Shown here one piece after another: positions 1 to 10,041 of a stretch of 64,000 nucleotides of DNA. The stretch spans positions 1,732 to 65,731 of the forward strand of contig JAUSKH010000043.1 of assembly GCA_030647095.1 (NCBI GenBank), read 5' to 3'. The translations under genes and the position numbers were made by a program. Every line of letters begins with the position of its first letter. Position 1 is the stretch's first letter. Origin of the DNA: Nanobdellota archaeon (lineage in GTDB: Archaea > Nanobdellota > Nanobdellia > Pacearchaeales > GW2011-AR1). The notes below the pieces were generated by a model. That model had not been told where the DNA came from. It did no database searches and saw only the letters and a list, made by a program, of their open reading frames with translations.

Positions 1-110
1 AGCAAGTTACGGAGTATTTCCGCAAATTTTGCTTCGCAACCGACAATCTCTAATTGTCAAATCGACAACACAGCAAGCTGTGGGGTATTAACCCAATTTG
101 ACAATAAAAC
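1..110. repeat. Divergent, window-truncated copy of the 137-bp intergenic repeat (see 27103-27239, 30476-30612)
   Basis: Direct sequence similarity to the two identical copies (...aatctctaattgtcaaatcg..cagcaagctg.ggggtattaa.cccaatttgacaataaa). A compensatory change in the hairpin (cgcagc/gctgcg -> cacagc/gctgtg) preserves pairing. Confidence 0.7.
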
Positions 111-222
111 AATTAGAAGTAAATAGTTATTTACACCTCTATTTTTCTTCTTGGTTTATAAATGTCATCATATAGTAGTTACAGATAGAAAGGTTTAAAT
201 ATAGGCACGGTGTAGAGTTTAT

Positions 223-642
223 ATGAAAAATAATATGAAAAAAAAGATCGGAATTGCTGGATTGGTAGTTGTTGCTAGCGTAACTGGATTCTTGGGAGTA
301 CGCCAAACGTTTATGAATTCAATGAGAAAATTTAGTCTTTCCTCTCCTGCTTTATGTTACCCAGATTATTATATTTATGATGCAAAACAAGGCAAGAATG
401 ATTTTGGATATTACTGCAGAGATGAAGAAGAAATCTTAAGTATCTCCTTGGTAGATAAAGGGGGAACTGAGAGAACTTTAGCAAACAATGTAAATAATAA
501 TTATTATCAGAATTCATTTCCTGAGGATATGCGTGCTGGAACTTATCATTTTAAGATAATTGACAAAAAAGGCAAAAAAGAATTTAGTGAGTCTTTTTTT
601 ATTGATTCTAAGGAAAAAAGATATGAGTCCCGTGGACTATGA
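223..642 (+). CDS. Small hypothetical protein with an N-terminal hydrophobic segment (membrane-anchored or secreted)
   Basis: 139-aa ORF with N-terminal TM/signal-like IGIAGLVVVASVTGFL. No recognisable domain. Confidence 0.4.
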   Translation: MKNNMKKKIGIAGLVVVASVTGFLGVRQTFMNSMRKFSLSSPALCYPDYYIYDAKQGKNDFGYYCRDEEEILSISLVDKGGTERTLANNVNNNYYQNSFPEDMRAGTYHFKIIDKKGKKEFSESFFIDSKEKRYESRGL

Positions 643-644
643 AG

Positions 645-2549
645 TTATGGTTTGCAGAAGCAAGTTTTATCATCTTTTGAATTTGACTTAATTTTATCAA
701 AATAAGCTCGGCTGTTTTGATTTGTTGGATCTGAAATCCACCGTTTGTACAAATCTTCGATTCCTCCTTTCTGATTTTCCCATTTTTGCTTCTCACAGGA
801 TACTGTAATGCATCCATCCATATCGATTTTTTTAGCTTCTAATTCGGTGTTTCCATTCATAATCACCAACCATATTTCTTCTAAAGGATCGCTTGTGTCA
901 AGTTTAGCATCAAGTATCTCGCTAAGAGGTGCAGGTTTTAAAAGAAGTGCTTCTTGATCTGTTAGAATTGTAATTTCATTAAGTTGCGAACCTCCAATCG
1001 TAGCTTTTATTTTGTTCCCATCAATTATTGAGGTAATAGAACTTCCTTCAGCCCCTATTCTTTGCTTTACTTCGTTTGATATAAGCGTCAGGTCGTCATT
1101 TGATATATGCCCCGCCAAAACCTTTTCTAGAGCCGAAGCCACGCCCTTTCCAATAGATTCTCTTACTGTATCGCGAGAGAATGATCCATCGTATTCGTTT
1201 ATAATTGTGGTGGTTAATTTTCCTACAATTTTACAATCGTCTATTGAGAAGAACCTTTCTGTTTCTGTTCGTGTTCTCCCTCCCCTCCATTCACCGCTTA
1301 ATCCGCCATGATCTCTCTTTTGTATTTCAAATTCCAATTTTCCTAGGTTTATTAGTCTCTTCCCTGGAAAATCAGGGCTGGTTACAATCTGCTCTTTAGG
1401 ACATTCTTTACATGTGCTAGTATCGATTGCACATTGATTACATTGAAGATTACCTGAAAGATACTTCTTACCATCTCCATTGTAATCTTTACATTCATTT
1501 GTAATACTTCCTAGGTCTTGCCCGTCGCATATTTCGCTGCCTTCTTTTTTACCATCGCCACAAATTGCTGAAGGTTGTGTTGTTGTTTGTTGTTGTGGAC
1601 CTGTGCAGCCAAATTTTGGTGGTGCACCACAGGCAATACTTTCTCCTGTGTCTTTCCAATTGTAAACATATTGTCCTGAATGTATTAAGTCTACTTCTTT
1701 TATACAGATAGAACTGCTAGTTCCAAAGCATTTTGTTTGTCCTTGTGAGTAACCTCCAGAACATTTTCCTGCTTGGTTTGAGGGTTGAGTTAATGATCCT
1801 GGAGCACGGACTATTACTGTAAGAGTATCAGTATTGCCTAACTCTCCTTTGTAAAGATCTCCCACTAAAAGATAATGTGTTCCTACGCCTTTTAGTGTAA
1901 CAGTTACTTCGTCTTGAAATTGCTCTGCTGTAACTAATACATTAGATCCTTCTTTTACTTGTATTCTATACTGACCTTCTATATCTGGTTCGACATGATA
2001 TATTGAAATGCTACAGCTATTTGTTTTAGAATCGGCTGTGCATTCTGCTTCTCTTGTTAGGAGTTTCTGTTTTTTTATTGTATTTTTATTTGGATTGCAT
2101 TGTTGGGCATTTGTGTTTATTTCTTCTAGCGTTAGCGGTTTACCATCGTTGTCTACTGTTATCTGGTAATTGTTACAGGAATCTTTTTGTGCTTTGAATC
2201 CATAGTAAACTGTTGGAGAGTTTGAATCTTGGGAAAATTGGAAATAGTAATATTTACACGTGTCTGTGGAAGTTTCAATTTGAGAATAGGATATTTCTCT
2301 GTCGTATGGAACTTGATTTTCTGGGGAGAGGAATTGTTTTGTTAATTTTCCTAGACCGTCTGTGCCTTGTTCTATTTTAAATTCGGCAGGAGTGTTTTGA
2401 TATTGGAATGTTAGAGTATCTGTTTGAGTTGTTGGGCAGTCTTGATTATCAGCTATTACATTTGATAATATTTTGTTATTTGATTTAGGGGAATAAGAAA
2501 TTAGAAGTAGAACCGCTATTATTAGTATTATGAATACACCTATTTTCAT
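645..2549 (-). CDS. Large secreted cysteine-rich protein (hypothetical)
   Basis: 634-aa ORF with signal/TM N-terminus (MKIGVFIILIIAVLLLISYS) and many Cys pairs. Confidence 0.6.
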   Translation of the reverse strand: MKIGVFIILIIAVLLLISYSPKSNNKILSNVIADNQDCPTTQTDTLTFQYQNTPAEFKIEQGTDGLGKLTKQFLSPENQVPYDREISYSQIETSTDTCKYYYFQFSQDSNSPTVYYGFKAQKDSCNNYQITVDNDGKPLTLEEINTNAQQCNPNKNTIKKQKLLTREAECTADSKTNSCSISIYHVEPDIEGQYRIQVKEGSNVLVTAEQFQDEVTVTLKGVGTHYLLVGDLYKGELGNTDTLTVIVRAPGSLTQPSNQAGKCSGGYSQGQTKCFGTSSSICIKEVDLIHSGQYVYNWKDTGESIACGAPPKFGCTGPQQQTTTQPSAICGDGKKEGSEICDGQDLGSITNECKDYNGDGKKYLSGNLQCNQCAIDTSTCKECPKEQIVTSPDFPGKRLINLGKLEFEIQKRDHGGLSGEWRGGRTRTETERFFSIDDCKIVGKLTTTIINEYDGSFSRDTVRESIGKGVASALEKVLAGHISNDDLTLISNEVKQRIGAEGSSITSIIDGNKIKATIGGSQLNEITILTDQEALLLKPAPLSEILDAKLDTSDPLEEIWLVIMNGNTELEAKKIDMDGCITVSCEKQKWENQKGGIEDLYKRWISDPTNQNSRAYFDKIKSNSKDDKTCFCKP

Positions 2550-2680
2550 CGTTGGGTGAAGGAGGAGATTTATATAAATGTTATCCTAATTTATGTAAGA
2601 AGATAAAGTTTATAAAGTGCTAGAAGGAAGAAGAAGTATATTATGGTGAATATTTTAGTTTCATGGAGTCTTAATAAGTT

Positions 2681-3097
2681 ATGGCAACTTTAGATATGCA
2701 ATTAATGCGGTATATCAACTTGCTTGATAGAGCAGCAAATGTAAAAACAAATAAATGTTTTGTTCATAATAATGCTATTTTCTTTGCAGTGAGTGATAAA
2801 GATATATCTCGAGCTATTGGACCTGCTGCAGTTAATATAAGAAGGATGCAAGAACAATTGGGAAAGAGAGTAAGAATAATTAAGAAATCAGACGGGGTAG
2901 AGGACATAAAGAGGTTTATTGAGGATATTGTAACACCTGTTAAAGTGAAGGCTGTTGAGATAAAAGATAATTGTGTTATAATTACTGCTGGTAATAGTCA
3001 AAACAAAGCTGTTTTAATAGGAAGAAACAGAAGAAGATATGAAGAGTTAAAAAAGGTTATTCAGGATTATTATAATATGGACTTAAAGATAGTTTAA
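2681..3097 (+). CDS. nusA: Archaeal NusA-like KH-domain protein
   Basis: 138 aa with a KH-like IGPAAVNIRRM motif. Lies immediately upstream of S12-S7-EF2, the conserved archaeal str-cluster position. Confidence 0.7.
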   Translation: MATLDMQLMRYINLLDRAANVKTNKCFVHNNAIFFAVSDKDISRAIGPAAVNIRRMQEQLGKRVRIIKKSDGVEDIKRFIEDIVTPVKVKAVEIKDNCVIITAGNSQNKAVLIGRNRRRYEELKKVIQDYYNMDLKIV

Positions 3098-3192
3098 AGA
3101 TTGTAATATTCTTTTAAAACTAGATCTATTTTATCTTCAACCCATTCTCTTCTTTAAAGAGAAGGTTTAGAAATTTGATTGCAAATTTCTAC

Positions 3193-3212
3193 TCTTCGCC
3201 AGTAGGCGAAGA
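3193..3212. terminator. Perfect 8-bp stem hairpin tcttcgcc-agta-ggcgaaga downstream of nusA
   Basis: Inverted repeat seen directly; GC-rich stem in AT-rich DNA. Confidence 0.3.
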
Positions 3213-3233
3213 CTCAAAGATTCAATCTTTGAT

Positions 3234-3306
3234 CCATTCGCTTTTCACAAATCGAAGGTTTTAGATTGTTCTCGACCATTCGATTTTTGCAAATCGAAGG
3301 TTTTAA
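3234..3306 (+). promoter_or_regulatory. Tandem ~31-bp direct repeat (ccattcg.ttttNcaaatcgaaggtttta) upstream of rps12, with a TATA-like palindrome ggttttaaaaacc
   Basis: Two near-identical units at 3234-3264 and 3276-3306. The second ends ~26 bp before the rps12 ATG. Confidence 0.4.
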
Positions 3307-3331
3307 AAACCGTTTTTGTCAAGGTAATGAT

Positions 3332-3754
3332 ATGGGGTTAATGAGTGCGCAAAAATTAATAAAGAAAAGGAAAAAATTTAGATGGAAAGATAGTATATAC
3401 AAGGCAAGAATGAAAAAACTAAAGATTAAGTCAGATCCTCTTGGAAGATCTTCCCAAGCAAAAGGAATTGTAATTGAAAAATTCCAAAAAGAAGCTGCTC
3501 AGCCAAACTCTGCTATGAGAAAGTGTTGCAAAGTACAACTTATCAAGAATGGTGTACAAATTGGAGCTTTTATTCCTGGAAATTTAGCACAAAAGTTCAT
3601 TGATGAACATGACGAAGTTATTATTGAAAGAATTGGTGGAAAACAGGGAAGAGCTAAAGGAGATATTAGAGGTATCAGATTCCAGGTAATTAAAGTAAAT
3701 GATCAGCCTTTGCATCTTTTAGTTCAAGGCAAGATAGAGAAAGGAAGAAGATAA
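3332..3754 (+). CDS. rps12: 30S ribosomal protein S12 (uS12)
   Basis: Conserved uS12 core [31 protein letters not shown]...[11 protein letters not shown]. Start taken at the internal Met MGLMSAQ. Confidence 0.9.
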   Translation: MGLMSAQKLIKKRKKFRWKDSIYKARMKKLKIKSDPLGRSSQAKGIVIEKFQKEAAQPNSAMRKCCKVQLIKNGVQIGAFIPGNLAQKFIDEHDEVIIERIGGKQGRAKGDIRGIRFQVIKVNDQPLHLLVQGKIEKGRR

Positions 3755-3755
3755 A

Positions 3756-4019
3756 ATGACTGTTGAAACTTTAGTTGGTAATATTGGTGAAACCGCCAGT
3801 AACATTAAACGATTAGGAGTTTGTGTTAATGATAGATTGGTAGTTGCGCGATGTGATACAGAAGAGGGTGTTCGCCCATTACGAGATTATGTAGAATATT
3901 TAAAATCTAACGGGGTTGATATTGGAAAGGGAGAAACTCCTGAATTTGGTTATAGGATGCCACAAAATCCCAATGTTCTTCCAAAAAGAAATTTAATTGT
4001 TTTTAGGAGGCATTATTAA
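3756..4019 (+). CDS. Hypothetical 87-aa protein embedded between rps12 and rps7
   Basis: ATG lies 1 nt after the S12 stop and the ORF ends 1 nt before the S7 ATG (tight coupling). No recognisable family. Confidence 0.45.
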   Translation: MTVETLVGNIGETASNIKRLGVCVNDRLVVARCDTEEGVRPLRDYVEYLKSNGVDIGKGETPEFGYRMPQNPNVLPKRNLIVFRRHY

Positions 4020-4020
4020 A

Positions 4021-4641
4021 ATGGAAGCTGAAATGGAAAAACCGCAAATTCAATTTAAATTATTTGATTTGTATACTATTGAGGGACTTGCTATTAAAGA
4101 TTCTGCTTTGAAGCCTTATCTTAATATTGAGTCCAAGTTATTGCTGAAGTCTCAGGGAAGAAATATAGGAAAATTTGGTAAGACAAGAGTAAATATTCTT
4201 GAAAGAATTGCAAATAGACTTGCTGTTCCTGGACATGTAGGTAAGAAACATAAAATAATAACTTCCTGGAGTTCTGGAAAGTATAATAGAAATATGAAGA
4301 CTGTGCTTGATGCTTTAAAGGTTGTAGAACAAAAAACGAAAAAGAATCCTATTCAGGTTTTGGTGGATGCAATTGAAAATGGTTCTCCAAGAGATGAAAT
4401 TACTGTAATTGAACATGCTGGAGCGCGATATCCACAATCTGTTGATACAAGTCCAATGAGGCGCATTGATTTAGCTGTTAGATGGATGGTGCAGGGAGCT
4501 TATCAAAAGAGTTTTGGTAAGAAAAAGAAAATGGCTGATGCTCTGGCTGAAGAAATAATAAAAGCTTCTGAAAAAAACATGGAAAGTTATGCTTTTTCCA
4601 AGAAGAATGAAGCTGAGAAACAGGCTGATTCTGCTAGATAA
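4021..4641 (+). CDS. rps7: 30S ribosomal protein S7 (uS7)
   Basis: uS7-like sequence (KLLLKSQGRNIGKFGKTRVNILERIANRL...IENGSPRDEITVIEHAGARY). Start at MEAEMEKPQ. Confidence 0.9.
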   Translation: MEAEMEKPQIQFKLFDLYTIEGLAIKDSALKPYLNIESKLLLKSQGRNIGKFGKTRVNILERIANRLAVPGHVGKKHKIITSWSSGKYNRNMKTVLDALKVVEQKTKKNPIQVLVDAIENGSPRDEITVIEHAGARYPQSVDTSPMRRIDLAVRWMVQGAYQKSFGKKKKMADALAEEIIKASEKNMESYAFSKKNEAEKQADSAR

Positions 4642-4814
4642 ATTTTTAAACTTCTTTATTACACGAGTTTATGGCTTATGGCTATCATTTTGAAGAATCT
4701 GGTAAAACGTGTAGGCGTAGAGAATGGCATGCTGGAGACGGTTTAGAATATTTAAGAAAAATGTTTGATAAATGGTATGATGGAATAGAAATAAACGACC
4801 AGCAGATGTGTGGT

Positions 4815-4921
4815 TTTTATTTATTTACAGAAAATTAGGATAATTGAGTTATCTTTAGTTCCTAATTTTCTGTCTGGAGAATTCTAATAAATGATAACGC
4901 AATCAATCGAATTCTCCATAA
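4815..4921 (+). ncRNA. ~105-bp two-hairpin repeated element, copy 1 (candidate structured sRNA)
   Basis: Stem 1 aattagga/tcctaatt and stem 2 ggagaattc/gaattctcc. The second copy at 45826-45932 keeps both stems with divergent loops. Confidence 0.45.
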
Positions 4922-5093
4922 GGCAGAATTATGCGGGTTTATTGCTGATAATACTGTAGATGATAAACTGCAAGATATAATGAATAAAAGGTATAAATCA
5001 GCAACGAAATTAGGTGGAGATTTACTTCCAAATCGATAATCTAATGTTACTTTATAGTGATTACAATATAGAAAGGCTTAAATATTTCATTCT

Positions 5094-5504
5094 ATGCTGA
5101 TTTTTATGGATGAAGAAGATTTTGGAGTTAAAAGTAAGAGAGTTTTAACTAAATTGAAAGAGCTTGCGCAACTTGAAAATTTTTTGGAGCAATGCGGTAG
5201 AGATGCTTTTGGAATTGATTCTATAAGTAGATCTTTCGGAAATCTTATAGTCTATCTTGGAAGCAGAGGTTATGTGGTTCCTTCGAATGGTGCTTCTCCA
5301 TCAGAACTCATAGAAGTTATTAAGGTTAAATCTGCCCAGATATCGAGACTTATTAATTACGGACAGGATTTAGGATATATTGATCAATATTTAGATAAAG
5401 GAGATAGGAGAAAACTGCCTGTAAGATTGACTAAAAGAGGGGAGCGAGCCTATCACACATTTGTAGAAATATTTGACAGGGAAAGAGAGAAGAGTTTAGA
5501 TTAA
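5094..5504 (+). CDS. MarR-family winged-helix transcriptional regulator
   Basis: wHTH-like segment SPSELIEVIKVKSAQISRLINYGQDLGYIDQYLDKGDRRKLPVRLTKRGERAY. Confidence 0.55.
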   Translation: MLIFMDEEDFGVKSKRVLTKLKELAQLENFLEQCGRDAFGIDSISRSFGNLIVYLGSRGYVVPSNGASPSELIEVIKVKSAQISRLINYGQDLGYIDQYLDKGDRRKLPVRLTKRGERAYHTFVEIFDREREKSLD

Positions 5505-5584
5505 ATTTAAAAACTTGCAGACATCAGATTTAAAAACCTTCTTTCTTATCACAATTTATTCTCAGTAAATTTTACGGAGTAAAT

Positions 5585-7774
5585 ATGGTAGAAAAGGAAA
5601 CAAGCCTAGATAAAATTCAAAGATTAACAAATACGCAGAAGAATATCAGAAATGTAGCGACGAGCGCGCATATACATCACGGAAAAACCGCGTTCACAGA
5701 TGTGTTATTAGCTGCTGCTGGAATGATGGCTGTTAAAAATGCTGGTGACTTAGAAGAAGGTATGACAACTTGGCAACATAAAGATGAACAGGAAAGATTG
5801 ATGACTGTAGATGCTGCAAATGTTTCTATGGGTCATGAGTATCAAGGAGAGGAATATCTGATTAATTTAATTGATACGCCAGGTCATGTTGACTTTGGAG
5901 GAAATGTTACAAGAGCTATGAGGGCTATCGATGGTACTTTCGTTTTAGTGTGTGCTGTTGAAGGAATTATGCCTCAGACAGAGACTGTTTTAAAACAGGC
6001 TGTAAGAGAAAGAGTTAAGCCTGTACTTTTTATCAATAAAGTTGATAGACTAATTAAGGAATTAAAATTAGGACCGGAACAGATGCAACAGCGAATTTTG
6101 AAGTTGATAAATGATTTTAACAATTTAATAATGCAAATTGCAGAGCAGGAATATAAGGAAAAATGGAAAGTTAATGTTGAAGATGGAAGTGTTGCTTTTG
6201 GTTCTGCAAGAGAGAACTGGGCACTTTCTTTACCCTTCATGAAAAAGAAAGGAATCAGTTTTAAAGATGTTTATAAAATTTATGAAATGGAAGAAGAGGA
6301 AAGAAAGAAGTGGGTTTGGGAGAATGCGCCGCTTCATGAAGTTGTGTTGGATATGGCTGTTAAGCATTTGCCTAATCCTCTTGAAGCGCAAAAATATAGA
6401 ATTCCAAAAATTTGGAGAGGAGATATTGAAAGCAAGTTTGGACAGGACTTATTGAATTGTAATAGTGCTGGAGAGGTCGCTTTTGTTATTACAAAAATAG
6501 TTATAGAACCTAGATCTGGAAAAGAAATTGCAGCAGGTAGATTATATTCTGGAACGATTGTCAAAGGAATGGAAGTTTACGCTAATAATGCAAAGAAAAA
6601 AGCTAGAGTCCAGCAGGTTTTGGTATATAATGGAATAAAACCAGAGCAACTGGAAAAAGTTCCTTGCGGAAATGTTTTGGCTATTACTGGTTTGAATGTT
6701 GATGTTGGTGATACTATTACACAAAATGAACAGGTTGCATTTGAGGAAATAAAGCATATTTTCCAGCCAGTTATTACAAAATCTATTGAAGTTGTTAGGT
6801 CTGCTGATCTGCCAAAACTTATTGAAGTTTTAAGAAAAGTTGGAAAAGAAGATCCTAGCATAAAAATAGAGATTAATGAAGAGACTGGAGAGAACCTGAT
6901 GTCTGGTATGGGTGAGTTGCATCTTGAGATTATTGAAGGAAGAATAAAAAGCGAGAAAGGGCTCGAGGTTAAAACAGGTTCACCAATTGTAGTTTATAGA
7001 GAGTCTGTATCAAAGCAAAGCAAAGAAGTTGAAGTTAGAACTCCTAATGGGCATAATATATTTTATTTCAGTATGGAAGCTTTAGAAGATGAGGTTTATG
7101 ATGCTATTGAGAAAGGAGAATTACCAGAAGAAAGGATTAAGAAAAGAGCGGAAAATGTTTGGAAGAAACTTTCTGAATTAGGGATAAGTAATGAAGAAGC
7201 AAGACAGTATATAGAAATTTACAAAGGAAATGTTTTTGAGGATAGAACTCGTGGACTAGTTTTACTTGGAGAGGTAATTGATTCTGTTATGGATGGCTGG
7301 AGGCTAGTTATTAATGGGGGGCCATTGGCAAAAGAACCGATGATAAAAACAAAGTTGGTATTGCATGATGCTAAATTACACGTTGACCACATGCATAGAG
7401 GACCTGCTCAGATATATCCTGCTGTAAGATTAGGAATGTTTGAAGCAATGAAGCAGGCAGGAGCTACAATCCTCGAACCTGTACAGACTCATTTAATTGA
7501 GGCTCCTGTAGAGTTTATGGGTATTGTGACGCAGCTTGTGGGAAGTAAGAGGGGAGTTTTAATAGATGTAAATCAAGAAGGATCTGATGTTTTCATTAAG
7601 GCAAAAATACCTGTTGCTGAAATGATAGGATGGAGCAATGATTTGAGATCTTCTACTGAAGGAAGAGGAATTTCAAGTTTGATGGATCAGGCATTCCAGA
7701 AGACGCCTTCTGATTTGCAGCCTGATGTTATAAGAAAGATAAGGCAGAGAAAAGGATTGGCTGAGAATCAATAA
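5585..7774 (+). CDS. fusA: Translation elongation factor 2 (aEF-2)
   Basis: G-domain motifs NIRNVATSAHIHHGKT and DTPGHVDF. 729 aa, archaeal/eukaryotic EF-2 architecture. Confidence 0.95.
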   Translation: MVEKETSLDKIQRLTNTQKNIRNVATSAHIHHGKTAFTDVLLAAAGMMAVKNAGDLEEGMTTWQHKDEQERLMTVDAANVSMGHEYQGEEYLINLIDTPGHVDFGGNVTRAMRAIDGTFVLVCAVEGIMPQTETVLKQAVRERVKPVLFINKVDRLIKELKLGPEQMQQRILKLINDFNNLIMQIAEQEYKEKWKVNVEDGSVAFGSARENWALSLPFMKKKGISFKDVYKIYEMEEEERKKWVWENAPLHEVVLDMAVKHLPNPLEAQKYRIPKIWRGDIESKFGQDLLNCNSAGEVAFVITKIVIEPRSGKEIAAGRLYSGTIVKGMEVYANNAKKKARVQQVLVYNGIKPEQLEKVPCGNVLAITGLNVDVGDTITQNEQVAFEEIKHIFQPVITKSIEVVRSADLPKLIEVLRKVGKEDPSIKIEINEETGENLMSGMGELHLEIIEGRIKSEKGLEVKTGSPIVVYRESVSKQSKEVEVRTPNGHNIFYFSMEALEDEVYDAIEKGELPEERIKKRAENVWKKLSELGISNEEARQYIEIYKGNVFEDRTRGLVLLGEVIDSVMDGWRLVINGGPLAKEPMIKTKLVLHDAKLHVDHMHRGPAQIYPAVRLGMFEAMKQAGATILEPVQTHLIEAPVEFMGIVTQLVGSKRGVLIDVNQEGSDVFIKAKIPVAEMIGWSNDLRSSTEGRGISSLMDQAFQKTPSDLQPDVIRKIRQRKGLAENQ

Positions 7775-7819
7775 TTATTTTTTAGAAAGGTTTAAGAAAG
7801 AGCTAATTTCTAGAAATTT

Positions 7820-8494
7820 ATGGTATGGCAATATGAAGAATCTTATCCAGATTATCCTTATTTAAGTGACTGGGCTGGAAAAGAATTTAAATTTGGGATA
7901 GGAATGAGCGATAGTATTGTAGGTGAAAAGTTACTTGGAGAAGCTGAATTACATGGGCACACAATGGAAGTTACAGAAACACAGACTGATGGAATCCTTA
8001 AACCTTCTTTTTATTTTATGGGAAATAAAACAGATCGACCATATCAGCTTCAATTAAGTTTGCTTGGGGGATTAACAAGAAGAGTTTATAGTACAATTGA
8101 TGAAGGACAAATTGGTGGATATAAATCCATTGAGCTATATACTAGAAAATTGGGCTTGGGTGGATTTGAAGACTTTAAAGCCATAGCTAATTATGCAATT
8201 AAAAGACTTCCAAAAATTGCACAGGAAATAACCTTGCTTCCTACTAATTTTCCAAATGATATACCTGAAGATAGAATTGAGTCCATCCTAAAGTACAGAG
8301 ATCAATGTCTAGGAGTACTAGATTGGGAAACAACACAAAAAGAAATTTCGAAAGAATTCTGTTCATTATTTGGAACTTTTATCCTCGCTGTAAAGGGAGA
8401 ACCTGGTGTTGAACTGATTCCTAGACGTGGAGACGATAGGTTTACATTTGATCAAATCAAAGAGCTTACAGATTTAATAGAACGGTTAAGATAA
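7820..8494 (+). CDS. Hypothetical 224-aa protein between EF-2 and EF-1alpha
   Basis: Intact ORF 45 bp after the EF-2 stop. No recognisable domain. Confidence 0.45.
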   Translation: MVWQYEESYPDYPYLSDWAGKEFKFGIGMSDSIVGEKLLGEAELHGHTMEVTETQTDGILKPSFYFMGNKTDRPYQLQLSLLGGLTRRVYSTIDEGQIGGYKSIELYTRKLGLGGFEDFKAIANYAIKRLPKIAQEITLLPTNFPNDIPEDRIESILKYRDQCLGVLDWETTQKEISKEFCSLFGTFILAVKGEPGVELIPRRGDDRFTFDQIKELTDLIERLR

Positions 8495-8585
8495 TAAACT
8501 TCTCGACGGTATTGCATAATCACGGCTAAAATCGAAAGATTTAAATAGCTTATAAATTAATCATCATAATCTCATTGGAGTAAAG

Positions 8586-9860
8586 ATGGCTAGAACAAAA
8601 CCAGTTATCAATGTTGTATTTGTAGGTCACGTAGACCATGGAAAGAGTACTACTATTGGACATTTGATGTTCGATTCTGGAAGACTTTCCCAGCAACAGC
8701 TAGATAAATTGAAAGCTGAAGCAGAGAAGAATGGGAAATCTGGTTTTGAATTTGCTTACTACATGGACAGATTTAAAGAAGAAAGAGAAAGAGGCTTAAC
8801 AATTGATCTTTCTTATGAAAAACTTGAGACAAATAAATATTCTGTAACAATTATCGATGCTCCTGGGCACAGAGACTTCGTAAAGAACATGATTACTGGA
8901 GCAAGTCAAGCAGATGCAGCTTTCCTTGTTGTTGCAGCTGGCCTTGGTGTACAGCCACAGACAAAAGAGCATGTTTGGTTATTAAGAACAATGGGTGTTA
9001 ATGAAGTAGCTGTTCTTATAAACAAGATGGATACTGTAAATTACAAGGAAGAGGAATATACTAAAGTAAAAAATGATGTTTCTGTAATTCTAAAACAAGC
9101 AGGATATAAGGTAGACCAAATAATTTTCTTGGCTGCTTCTGGATTAAAAGGAGATAATCTTGTAAAGAAATCTACTAATATGCCTTGGTATAAAGGACCA
9201 ACTGTAATTGAACAATTTGATCAATTTAAGGAACCAGAAAGACCTGTTAACTTCCCACTTAGAATGCCAATCCAAGATGTATATGAAATTACTGGTATTG
9301 GAACAGTACCTGTTGGGAAGATTGAAACAGGATTGATGAAAGCAGGTCAGAAAATAGTTATCCTACCTGGAAGAACTGGAACAGGAATACCAGGAGAAGT
9401 TAAGACAATTGAAATGCACCATGAAATGTTGCCTGAAGCAGGACCAGGAGATAATGTTGGTGTTAACATAAGAGGTGTTGGTAAAAAGGATATTGCTCGT
9501 GGTGATGTTATTTGTGATGCAGCAAATGCACCGAAAATAGTCAGTGAATTCGTTGCACAGGTTGCGGTAATCTCTCACCCAACAGTTATTGCTAAAGGTT
9601 ATACTCCAGTATTCCACGTACATACTGCTCAGGTGCCTTGCCAGTTTATCGAGCTTATTGAGAAAACAAGTCCTGATGGAAAGAAAGTAGAGAATCCAGA
9701 TTATTTGAAGAATGGAGATGTTGCAAGAGTAAGATTAAAGCCTATTGGAAACCTTGTAATTGAACCACAAGCAACTAACCCGCATATGGCTAGATTTGCA
9801 ATAAGAGACGCTGGAGCAACCGTTGCAGCTGGCGTATGCATAGAAGTGAAAGCTAAGTAA
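8586..9860 (+). CDS. tuf: Translation elongation factor 1-alpha (aEF-1A)
   Basis: [17 protein letters not shown] and NKMD motifs. 424 aa. Confidence 0.95.
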   Translation: MARTKPVINVVFVGHVDHGKSTTIGHLMFDSGRLSQQQLDKLKAEAEKNGKSGFEFAYYMDRFKEERERGLTIDLSYEKLETNKYSVTIIDAPGHRDFVKNMITGASQADAAFLVVAAGLGVQPQTKEHVWLLRTMGVNEVAVLINKMDTVNYKEEEYTKVKNDVSVILKQAGYKVDQIIFLAASGLKGDNLVKKSTNMPWYKGPTVIEQFDQFKEPERPVNFPLRMPIQDVYEITGIGTVPVGKIETGLMKAGQKIVILPGRTGTGIPGEVKTIEMHHEMLPEAGPGDNVGVNIRGVGKKDIARGDVICDAANAPKIVSEFVAQVAVISHPTVIAKGYTPVFHVHTAQVPCQFIELIEKTSPDGKKVENPDYLKNGDVARVRLKPIGNLVIEPQATNPHMARFAIRDAGATVAAGVCIEVKAK

Positions 9861-10041
9861 AAATATAATTCTTAACCTAAATAAAAATTTAAACTTTGGA
9901 TAATATAACTATGATAAATTTAAGGGTGTGGGATTCTTTTTTTAATTATATGAAATCTTATTACATTTGGAAGCGTGCTATTTTGGCTAGAAGTGTTAGT
10001 GTTTGGTTTACTGTGGAGTAATTAGTTTTAATTTCCTAAAA

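Noticed and set aside
1012-1399. Plus-strand ORFs (99 and 64 aa) inside the 634-aa secreted protein gene
   Set aside because: Overlap the long minus-strand CDS in antisense. No features of real genes.
4665-4832. ~55-aa ORF (MAYGYHFEESGKTCRRREWHAGDGLEYLRK…) just upstream of the two-hairpin element
   Set aside because: Short, with no homolog recognised. Overlaps the T-rich leader of the repeat element. Insufficient support to call.
5974-6861. Five minus-strand ORFs (62-94 aa) inside the EF-2 gene
   Set aside because: Antisense to a strongly supported, highly conserved CDS. Low-complexity translations typical of AT-rich antisense frames.
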